From the NCBI GenBank assembly GCA_963709155.1, contig CAVPVD010000005.1:152239-216238 (forward strand): DNA of 64,000 nt, written 5' to 3'. The notes beneath the pieces were generated by a model that searched no databases, had not been told where the DNA came from, and saw only the letters and a program-made list of their open reading frames with translations. How positions within the stretch are numbered: the first letter of the stretch is position 1; the number at the start of each line of letters is the position of its first letter. Positions 46,833 through 54,800 of this stretch are shown here, in pieces. Position numbers and translations under genes: made by a program. The DNA is from Bryobacterales bacterium (GTDB taxonomy: Bacteria; Acidobacteriota; Terriglobia; Bryobacterales; Bryobacteraceae).

Positions 46833-47690
46833 ATGCAATTGCAAGCTTGTTTTGCGGCCGCCATGGCGCTGGCCGCGGTCGCTTCTATGCCTGTTCCGGC
46901 GCGCGCGCAAGCCGGATTTAACGGACCCGGACGCTATGAGATTAGCAACGTCCACTCCGGCAAAGTCATCGACCTGGATCGCAACGACCAAACCAGCGTC
47001 ATCCAGTTCGCGGCGCGCAACACCGACAACCAGCAATGGGATATCGTGCCCGCCGAGCCTGGCTTCTGGTGCATCCGGAACGCCATGAACGGCGCGGCTC
47101 TCGAGCAGGTCGGCCCCGGCAACAGCACGCCCGTCCGCGGCATGCCCTTCACCGGCAGCCCCAGCCAGCAGTGGCGTATCGTCGCCGCCAACACTGGTAT
47201 GGCGCTCATCACCAACCGCCTCGGCAAGACCCTGGATATCCCCAACGCCTCGACCCGCGATGGCGCGCGCGTGCAAACTTACGACGTTAACGGCGGCGCC
47301 AACCAGCAGTTCTCCTTCCGCCGACTCGCGGATCTCGCCCGTAACGGCGACGGCCGCGAGGCCGAGGATTGGGATCGCGATCGCCGCTGGGAGCGCTACT
47401 ACGGCCGCCTCGACGAGCGCGAGCACCGCTGGGGAATGGAAGGCGATGGCGTCTGCTTCTATCGCGAACCGGGCTACCGCGGCCGGTCGTTTTGCATAGC
47501 CGCCGGCGACCAGGTCCGCCGCCTCCCCGATCCGTTGATCGAACGCTTCGCCTCTCTGAAATTCTTCGGACGCGCCCGCGGCGTCGAAGTCTTCGGCGAG
47601 GAAGAGTTCGGAGGCCGGCGCGCCCGCTTCGAACACGACCAGCCGCAGCTCAACGACATGCGCCGCATAGTCTCCGTCCGCGTCTTCTAG
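46833..47690 (+). CDS. Secreted ricin-B (beta-trefoil, QxW) lectin domain fused to a beta/gamma-crystallin-type (Greek-key) domain.
   Basis: The signal peptide is MQLQACFAAAMALAAVASMPVPARAQ, with GGAGGA upstream. There are three QxW/QxF repeats: NQQWDI, SQQWRI, NQQFSF. The C-terminus has FYREPGYRGRS and VFGEEEFGGRR, both matching (Y/F)xxxx(Y/F)xG Greek-key signatures. Confidence 0.75.
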   Translation: MQLQACFAAAMALAAVASMPVPARAQAGFNGPGRYEISNVHSGKVIDLDRNDQTSVIQFAARNTDNQQWDIVPAEPGFWCIRNAMNGAALEQVGPGNSTPVRGMPFTGSPSQQWRIVAANTGMALITNRLGKTLDIPNASTRDGARVQTYDVNGGANQQFSFRRLADLARNGDGREAEDWDRDRRWERYYGRLDEREHRWGMEGDGVCFYREPGYRGRSFCIAAGDQVRRLPDPLIERFASLKFFGRARGVEVFGEEEFGGRRARFEHDQPQLNDMRRIVSVRVF

Positions 47691-47694
47691 GAGG

Positions 47695-47742
47695 GACCCG
47701 TGGCGCACGCTTCAGCGTGCCGGCGGGACTTTTAAGTCCCGC
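47695..47742. repeat. REP-like family 1 copy.
   Basis: gacccgtggcgcacgcttcagcgtgccggcgggacttttaagtcccgc is identical over 48/48 nt to the copy at 55016-55063. It lies between convergent genes. Confidence 0.85.
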
Positions 47743-47745
47743 TCC

Positions 47746-49104
47746 TCACGGCGTCCAACCCTTAAATACCTCCCAGCAATTGCGCACGAACTGGCAAGGC
47801 TGCGCCGGACTCGCGCTCGACGTCGTCAGCGAAACCGAGCTCGACTGCGCATTGAACCCGGCACAGTTGATTACCGCCAACGTCGCCGCCAGGTTCTCTT
47901 GAAAACACGGTTGGATTTGCGACTCCGGCAAGCCGCTGAAAGCCCAATCGCTCGAATCGGAGTCGGCCGGCCGCACCTCGGGCGTGTATGCGGGACGCCA
48001 GCCAGGCGCCGTCTGAAATACGAAGTCGATCATGTCTCCCGAAACCAGGTAGGGATTCGGACCGCCCGTAAACGTGTATGCGATTCCCGCCGTGCCCATC
48101 GCAGCGACCGCGCCGTTGCCTACCCAATCCACAAATGGGCTGTCCGAACCGCTGGATAGCGGCCCCGGCCATAGCCACTGCTCTCCGTAATTGTGAAAAG
48201 AAATGGTACTGCGCACCCCGCCTCCCCCGGGCGCCGGAGTCGGAGCCGGCGTGGCCGATGGCGCCGGTAAGGGCGTGGGCGACGGCGACGGGCTCGCCCC
48301 TCCACCGCCTCCCACCAGGCTCTGGATCGCCTGGGTCTCCGGCTCGCTGGCGGCGCTGGGCCCGCACCAGATCTGGCGGCTTACCTTCGAATCGCGCGGG
48401 TCGCGGCTGGTGGCCGGTGTGACGCCGTCATTGTGAAACGTCTCCGTGCCCCAGGCCATGTAGGACCCGCTACCCCCGGGCGTTTGTGCCACCCTCGTAG
48501 CGTAGTTCCGGTTGATGTCTACGCCCGTGTACGTGCCGGCCTTCCACGACACCACCCCCGACGATCGCGTCACGGAACCATCCGGTACGGCGTGCGATGC
48601 ATTGTTCTGCCGCCAATCCCGGTTGGAGTTGATCGTGATGGTGTGGCCGTCCGGATTCACCATCGGCACAAACCAGATCTGCCGGTTCATCAGCAGATGC
48701 TTGATGCGCTTCTCCTTCGGCGTGCTGGGCGTATCCGTGAAGTTGTTGATCAGGTACTCCGCGATGTAGTAAGCCATCTCCACCGAAATCCACTCCCGCG
48801 CATGATGGCAGCCCAGGATCACCACCTTCTGCGCGCCCACGCCCACCTTGATCGCCAATAAATCCCGGCCCTCGGAGCTTTGGCCGACCTGCGTCACGCT
48901 GGCGTCCACGATGGGCGTCCCCTGGCACGTTTTTCCCGCCCCTACCGTGCGCATCTGCGCCAGGTCCCGTTTCAGACTGTACATCTGCCGGGGAACCTTC
49001 GCGCCGCCGCCCACTGGAATCACGGGTACCGATGCCGGCGCCAGGGGGGCCAGCGAGTTGAACAGGGGATCGTCATAAACATGATAGAGAAACGCTCTTG
49101 CCAT
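47746..49104 (-). CDS. M14-family zinc carboxypeptidase without a signal peptide, carrying a Gly/Pro/Ser/Thr-rich insertion and a C-terminal extension.
   Basis: GCHHAREWIS (HxxE), MVNPDG, VDINRNY, ISFHNYG (third Zn ligand) and YTPEVRP (catalytic Glu). The insert GGGGGASPSPSPTPLPAPSATPAPTPAPGGGG lies at 48217-48312. Confidence 0.8.
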   Translation of the reverse strand: MARAFLYHVYDDPLFNSLAPLAPASVPVIPVGGGAKVPRQMYSLKRDLAQMRTVGAGKTCQGTPIVDASVTQVGQSSEGRDLLAIKVGVGAQKVVILGCHHAREWISVEMAYYIAEYLINNFTDTPSTPKEKRIKHLLMNRQIWFVPMVNPDGHTITINSNRDWRQNNASHAVPDGSVTRSSGVVSWKAGTYTGVDINRNYATRVAQTPGGSGSYMAWGTETFHNDGVTPATSRDPRDSKVSRQIWCGPSAASEPETQAIQSLVGGGGGASPSPSPTPLPAPSATPAPTPAPGGGGVRSTISFHNYGEQWLWPGPLSSGSDSPFVDWVGNGAVAAMGTAGIAYTFTGGPNPYLVSGDMIDFVFQTAPGWRPAYTPEVRPADSDSSDWAFSGLPESQIQPCFQENLAATLAVINCAGFNAQSSSVSLTTSSASPAQPCQFVRNCWEVFKGWTP

Positions 49105-49110
49105 AGATCG

Positions 49111-50247
49111 TCACCTCGTCTGGGCGGTTTTGAAATCCGCGAATGATTGGTACCGCCTGTGGACGTCTTCCGGCCCGCGGACCCCCGAGAACCGCACCAG
49201 AAACATCACGTCCTCCAGCCCGCCGGACTCTGCGTCCAGCCACGATGGATGCGCCCCCAGTTCCTTCCTGAACAGCACCGTCTCCTGCCGGATCTGTCCA
49301 CTCAGCAGCGCGGCGGCGCGCGGGCTTTCTGTCAGCGTCTTCTGGTATGCCGCGCGGCGCATCAACGCAGTCTCCAGCCGCAGGAAGTTCAAATGGTCCG
49401 TCCAAAAGGGCATCGGCCCTGCCTCCGACCGCTCTTCGAACTCGCGATATAGTTGGGTGCGGGTCAGATCCGCGAGGTCCTGGCGGAACTGGCGCGCGTC
49501 CGGATAAAGCACGCGCGTCTTGTATTTGCCCTCCTTGGCCATGCTCTCCAGATCGCCGGACCCGAAGATGGAAACCACGCCGTCGCGCCATTCCACGGTG
49601 GGCAGCCGCAGGCTCTTCAGGGAACCCACTAACCCCGGGTCGGCGGGCGTGGCGAAAACCGCCCGCATGGCTTCCGCATAGGGCAGGTGCTGGGCGAATT
49701 GAGGCCGCCCGAGGCTTTCAAGCTCCCCCGCGATCGCCAGGCTGAACTCGTGCCGTTCCGAGACCTCCGGTGTCAGCCGGTCGAGGGCGAGTTCGGCCAT
49801 CAGCAACGCCTCGCTTTGCAGCACGTAAACCAGGATGGCCGGCACAAACACGCTGCCATAAGCTCCCTCGTTGGCCAGCCGGTCGAGCGCCGCCATGGCG
49901 TTCTCAAACCCTTCCGCACTCCCGGACCGCGCCGCGCGTGCCAGGCTGCCGCGCTCGCCGCGATACAGCCAGTCGATCCCCTCCGAAACCGCGTTGGGCG
50001 CCCACTCGGTGAGCCGTTTGCCGATGGCTTCATCGCGGTCGCGCTCGGAGAGCTGTCTCAGGTAGCGCTCGCAGCTCTCCTTCGAGAAGAACAGCAGCGA
50101 GACGCCCGGCGCGCGCAGCATCGCCAGCGCTCCGTCGTCCGCCAGGGCTGCCACCGTGCCCCCCGCGTATTTGCCGATCGCCGCCTCGGGAGCCGGCCCA
50201 AGCAGTTTGTCGTGCAAAACGGTGTAATAAATGACTCGTTGCGGCAT
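49111..50247 (-). CDS. Hypothetical protein (378 aa, probably helical) with no recognisable family.
   Basis: A long ORF with normal codon bias lies 6 bp upstream of the M14 gene and 12 bp downstream of the PT-repeat gene. It has no signal peptide or TM helix. Confidence 0.7.
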   Translation of the reverse strand: MPQRVIYYTVLHDKLLGPAPEAAIGKYAGGTVAALADDGALAMLRAPGVSLLFFSKESCERYLRQLSERDRDEAIGKRLTEWAPNAVSEGIDWLYRGERGSLARAARSGSAEGFENAMAALDRLANEGAYGSVFVPAILVYVLQSEALLMAELALDRLTPEVSERHEFSLAIAGELESLGRPQFAQHLPYAEAMRAVFATPADPGLVGSLKSLRLPTVEWRDGVVSIFGSGDLESMAKEGKYKTRVLYPDARQFRQDLADLTRTQLYREFEERSEAGPMPFWTDHLNFLRLETALMRRAAYQKTLTESPRAAALLSGQIRQETVLFRKELGAHPSWLDAESGGLEDVMFLVRFSGVRGPEDVHRRYQSFADFKTAQTR

Positions 50248-50259
50248 GCGTTCCTTTCC

Positions 50260-50817
50260 CTATGGGCCCGGCTTATTCAGGCCAAAATGCTTGCCCGACG
50301 CCGTGGTCGTCGATTGACCCGCGGCCGCCTCCTGCGTGTCCGCCACCTGCACCACCACGGATGCGCCCGGCGGCGTATGCAAGGTGACCTGGCCCTGGGC
50401 GTCCGTCGTAAATGTCTGGGCCGCCCCTCCTCCGATGGCCACCTGCACGCTCGTATTCGCCATCGGCAGTCCGAGTTCGTCGATTACCTGGATGTAGCTG
50501 ATTGGGCCGGGCGTCGGGGTCGGCGTTGGTGTAGGCGTGGGTGTCGGGGTTGGCGTAGGAGTCGGAGTGGGAGTTGGCGTGGGTGTGGGTGTTGGCGTAG
50601 GCGTCGGAGTCGGCTTTGGCGTCGGGGCAGGTGTGGGCGCGGGCGAGGGGGTTGGCGCGGGAGTCGGCGAGCCGTGGCAAGAATGGACCGGATCGCCAAC
50701 ATTCCCTTGTCCGGCGTTGGCGTCCGCATCGTTAGCCGCGGCGTCCAAAGCCTGCGACTGGGACATTGGAGCCGGCGTCGGGTCAGGCGGCATAAACCAA
50801 CCATTTCTCAGGCGCAC
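50260..50817 (-). CDS. Pro/Thr-repeat protein with a C-terminal beta-sandwich-like domain. The start is uncertain (GTG 50817, ATG 50793 or ATG 50766).
   Basis: [20 protein letters not shown](TP)n is followed by [26 protein letters not shown]...[20 protein letters not shown]. It is the first gene of the operon. Confidence 0.6.
   Translation of the reverse strand: MRLRNGWFMPPDPTPAPMSQSQALDAAANDADANAGQGNVGDPVHSCHGSPTPAPTPSPAPTPAPTPKPTPTPTPTPTPTPTPTPTPTPTPTPTPTPTPTPTPGPISYIQVIDELGLPMANTSVQVAIGGGAAQTFTTDAQGQVTLHTPPGASVVVQVADTQEAAAGQSTTTASGKHFGLNKPGP
50508..50672 (-). repeat. Imperfect hexanucleotide (ACN-CCN) coding microsatellite encoding the PT run.
   Basis: The plus strand reads ggcgtcggggtcggcgttggtgtaggcgtgggtgtcggggttggcgtaggagtcggagtgggagttggcgtgggtgtgggtgttggcgtaggcgtcggagtcggc... 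Confidence 0.85.
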
Positions 50818-50947
50818 CCTTGCGCCGGGCTTTCAAAGAATAACGAATATTAGTTGCCGTTGGCAAGGCTGTTGTACAATCTAAAAAGTACTTTTGTAAA
50901 TAAAGGCGACTCACACGTCTACGCCCACCCATCTCGAAAGCACCTTT

Positions 50948-51325
50948 ATGCGCCGCCTGCGCGTTGCCGCCCTGAGCGCCTTGCTGGTTGGGGCCGTGGG
51001 CGCCGTGGCTTTGACGCTTTATACGGGCCGGCGCAATCCCTCCTGGCTCCTGATGGTGCTTTTTGCATTCTGGGTGCTCTCCCCATTCGCCGCCCTTCAA
51101 TTGGCTAATGTGGCGTCGAAGCGCTATTCGTTTCATCCGCGAGCGGCGCTCTATGCCGTGATGCTCGTCGTCGCGCTGGGCACTTTGGCGGTCTATGGAT
51201 ACGTGGCATTCGGGCCCCCGAGGCAGAAGACCGCCGCCGTATTCGTTGTGACTCCGCCCGTGTCATGCTCATTCATTGCGGCACTGGTCGCAATAACGGC
51301 TCTTACGCGTCGCCGGGCGCGGTAA
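50948..51325 (+). CDS. Small hypothetical membrane protein (about 4 TM helices).
   Basis: It has an ATG start and four hydrophobic stretches (ALSALLVGAVGAVALTL, WLLMVLFAFWVLSPFAAL, ALYAVMLVVALGTLAVYGYV, VFVVTPPVSCSFIAALVAITAL). Confidence 0.55.
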   Translation: MRRLRVAALSALLVGAVGAVALTLYTGRRNPSWLLMVLFAFWVLSPFAALQLANVASKRYSFHPRAALYAVMLVVALGTLAVYGYVAFGPPRQKTAAVFVVTPPVSCSFIAALVAITALTRRRAR

Positions 51326-51354
51326 CCGCCCAGCCAATAACATCCGCCCCTGTG

Positions 51355-51566
51355 TTTTCAGCAGCTTGCGGGAAACGGCCGCTACGGCAGAGCCGCTCCC
51401 GGCATAACCTTGTAATTGGAGAGCTGCCACGGTGCCCGCCGCGAGCCCAACCCGCCCGATAGCCCGGCCCATGCCGGGTCTCCCGGTTGATCCGATTGGC
51501 TTCGTGCTTTTTGTCAAGTCATGGCAAACAAGTCACTTATTGGGTTCGTTGGTAACAAAAATGCAA
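51355..51566 (+). repeat. Tandem intergenic element, unit 1 (~212 nt).
   Basis: It starts ttttcagcag and ends ttggtaacaaaaatgcaa. The 3' ~135 nt is nearly identical to unit 2. Confidence 0.85.
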
Positions 51567-51781
51567 TTTTCAGCAGTTTGGGGGACGGGCGCCGCGCGGG
51601 CGCCCGCGCCGGGCATAAGCTTGCAAATGGAGGACCGCTACGGGTGCCCGCCGCGAACCCAACCCGCCGCCCGATAGGCCCGCCCGTGCCAGGTCTCCCG
51701 GTTGATCCGATTGGCTTCGTGGTTTTTGTCAAGCCGTGGCAAACAAGTCACTTATTGGGTTCGTTGGTAATAAAAATGCAA
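51567..51781 (+). repeat. Tandem intergenic element, unit 2 (~215 nt).
   Basis: It starts ttttcagcag and ends ttggtaataaaaatgcaaa, about 105 nt upstream of the receptor gene start at 51886. Confidence 0.85.
51765..51780 (+). promoter_or_regulatory. Candidate sigma-54 (-24/-12) promoter for the receptor gene at 51886. A duplicate box lies at 51550-51565.
   Basis: TGGTAATAAAAATGCA has GG and GC separated by exactly 10 nt, as in TGGCACG-N4-TTGCW. The unit-1 copy reads TGGTAACAAAAATGCA. Confidence 0.35.
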
Positions 51782-51885
51782 AATCGACGTCAAACTTATC
51801 CCCAAACCCCCGCCACCGCCGCCCGTCTATCAAACCATCGGGCTATAGTAGATAAAGCTGTTCAACGCTCCTCTCGAGGATCCAA

Positions 51886-54800
51886 GTGAAAGCATCTCTG
51901 ATCTCCATCCTGCTGGCCGCCGCGTCCCTATACGCGCAATCCACCCGCGGCTCGATCGGCGGCCAGATCACCGACGCCGCCAAAAAGTCGATCTCTGGCG
52001 CCGCCGTGACCCTCGTCGAACGGGACACCAACAAGAAGCGCACAGCCATCTCCGGTCCGCAAGGCGATTTCCTGATCACCCTGCTCGATCCCGGAACCTA
52101 CCGTTTGCAGGTTGACGCACCCGGTTACCGCTCCCACGTCCAGGATCTGGTGCTTGACCTGGATCAGGAAATCCGCGTTGAGGTGCCCTTGCTCCCCGGC
52201 AAAACCACAGAGCAAGTCACCGTCACTGCCAAGCGGAGCCTGCTGCGCCCGGAATCCGCAGCCGTCGGTGGCGTAATCGACACCAGCCAGGTACAGGGAC
52301 TACCCCTCGATGGCCGCGATTTCTACCAATTGAGTCTGCTGCTGCCCGGCGTCGTGCCGGCCGCCGAAGGCTCCGCCTCCTCCGTGCGCGGCTCGTTCGC
52401 CATCAACATCAACGGCGCGCGCGAGGATTCGAACGACTTCCTGCTCGACGGCGTTTATAACGGCGACCCCAAGCTCAACGGCATCGCCGTGACTCCGCCC
52501 GTGGACGCCGTGCGCGAATTTGAAGTTCTCTCCAGCACCTACGACGCTTCCTTCGGGCGCAACGGCGGCGGACAGGTCAGCGTCGTCCTGCGGTCCGGCG
52601 GCAATCAGTTCCATGGCACGGCCTACGAATTCTTCCGCAATGCCCTTCTCGATGCGCGCAACTACTTCGCGCCATCCGGCGTGCCCGCCCCGCAGGACCA
52701 GCGCAACCAGTTCGGAGGCACCCTCGGCGGTCCCATCGCGAAGAACCGTACCTTTTTCTTCGTGGATTATCAGGGCACCCGCGACAACACCGGCATCACG
52801 CAAGTCACAAACGTGCCCACCGCCGCGGAACGTACCGGCGATTTCTCCCAAAGCAGCCTTCCCGCGATCGATCCGTTTACCGGCGCGCCCTTCCCGAACA
52901 ACGTCATCCCGAGCGCCTACCTGGATCCCACCGGCCTGGCCATCGCCGCGCTATATCCACTGCCCAACCGCAACGTGGCCAACCAGAACTATGTGTCTTC
53001 CCCCGACGGCCGCACCCGCGCCGATCAATTCGATCTGCGCGTCGATCATACGCTGGCGCCCTCTTCGCAGTTGACCTTCCGCTATAGTTTCGCCGATAAC
53101 AGCCTGTTCGAGCCGTTCACCGGTCCCAGCTTTCCCCTGGTGCCCGGCTATGGCGACAACGTTCCCAGCCGCGACCAGAATGCCATGATCGCCGAGACGC
53201 ACGCCTTCACGCCGGCGCTGCTGAACGAATTTCGCGCCGGGTTCGACCGCGTCTCCGAGGGCGTGTATCAGCAGGATATCGCGCAGAACGTCAATGCCCA
53301 GGTGGGATTGCCGACGGTTTCCACTAACGCACGCGATTTCGGACTCACGTCCATCTCGGTCACCGGGTTCTCGCCTCTCGGCGACGAGTCCAACAACCCG
53401 CAGCATTCTACCACCAACGTCTATCAGTTCCTGGACAACCTGACCTGGGTGCATGGCACTCACACCGCCAAGTTTGGCGCGGAGTACCGGATCACGCAGC
53501 AAAACGCCTACCGCGACATCGAATCCCGCGGCTTCATCGACTTCCTGGGAGATATCACCGGCAACGCTTTGGAAGAGCTGCTGCTGGGCCTGCCGACGGA
53601 TTCCGGCGTCGCCACGCTCGATAACCCCGAGCATCTCCGCACTCACAGCTACGACTTTTTCGCCAATGACAATTGGCGCATTCGCCCCAATCTCACCCTG
53701 ATTCTGGGCCTGCGTTACGAATTCAACTCGCCCGGTGTGGATGCCCAGAATCACGCGAATTTGTACGACCCGGCGACTCAAAGTCTGGTGCCCGTCGGAA
53801 CCGATGGCATTCCGCGCGGCGGCTACCTGCCCGATCGCAACAATTTCGCTCCCCGGGTCGGCTTGGCCTGGACGCCTTTCGGTTCGCCGCATACCCTGGT
53901 TCGCGCGGGTTACGGCATCTATTACGACCAATCTGCGCTGGCTCCCGGCGAGGGTCTTTATTTCAGCCCGCCTTATTTCAATTTCAACGTGTATTACCCG
54001 CTCAGCGCGACCCAGCCGCTGCTGCTCTCCAACCCGTTCCCGAGCAATTTTCCTTATCCGAACCCGCCCTCGGCCCTGGCCTTCCAACTCGATCTACGCA
54101 CTCCCTACGTGCAGCAGTGGAACTTCAACATCGAGCGGTCTCTGGGCGGCAGCCGGATGCTCGAGATCGGCTACGTTGGCTCGAAGGGCACCGATCTGAT
54201 CGGCGCGCGCGACGCCAACCAGCCGCCGCCCTCGGCCAACCCGTATTTCGAGCGTCCGCTGCCGCAGTTCGCGGACATCGACCTGCTGGAATCCAATCGC
54301 AATTCCATCTACCACAGCCTGCAGGCGCGTTTCGAACAGCGTTTGAGTTTCGGGTTGTCCCTGCTGGCTTCTTATACTTTCGCCAAATCGATCGACAACG
54401 GCTCCAGCTTCTTTTCGAGCGCCGGCGATCCCAACTTCCCGCAGGATAGCTACGATCTGCACGCGGAGCGCGGCCTCTCGGACTTCGATGTCCGGCACCG
54501 CTTCGTGGCCAGCTATATGTATGATTTGCCGTTCGGCAAGTCGTCCCGTTGGCTAAGAGGTTGGCAGACTTACGGCATTTTGCAGTTCCAGACCGGCCAG
54601 CCCTTCACCGTATCGCTGCTGCCGGACGACGATAACAGCAATACTGGCATCGACAGCTTGGGCTTCGGCGCCAACGACCGGCCCAACGTGGTGGGAAATC
54701 CTAAGATTTCCAACCCCTCGGCCAACGAGTGGTTCAATACCGCGGCTTTCGCCATCCCACCCTACGGCACATTTGGCAATTCCGGCCGTAACACGGTCGA

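Noticed and set aside
46425-47708. A 427-aa minus-strand ORF spanning the deoC 5' end and the lectin gene.
   Set aside because: It crosses an intergenic region and two well-supported genes on both strands, with Gly/Ala/Arg-rich shadow composition.
50537-50884. A plus-strand ORF encoding (GV)n.
   Set aside because: It is the antisense reading of the PT microsatellite.
51269-51732. Two small minus-strand ORFs (82 and 72 aa), both beginning MTK(S/T)TKPIGSTGRPG, inside the tandem element.
   Set aside because: Both start at TTG within the repeat. Their similarity simply reflects the DNA duplication. They diverge where the repeat diverges, have no ribosome-binding site, and show poor coding character. 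They are kept only as a remote possibility.
51355-51781. Cobalamin riboswitch, or a CRISPR array, upstream of the receptor gene.
   Set aside because: A B12-box-like CCGGGAGACCCGGC occurs only on the minus strand and in the wrong order relative to a GCCAC(G)G-like element, so a plus-strand riboswitch is not supported. For a CRISPR array, there are only two ~212-nt units with no spacers between them.
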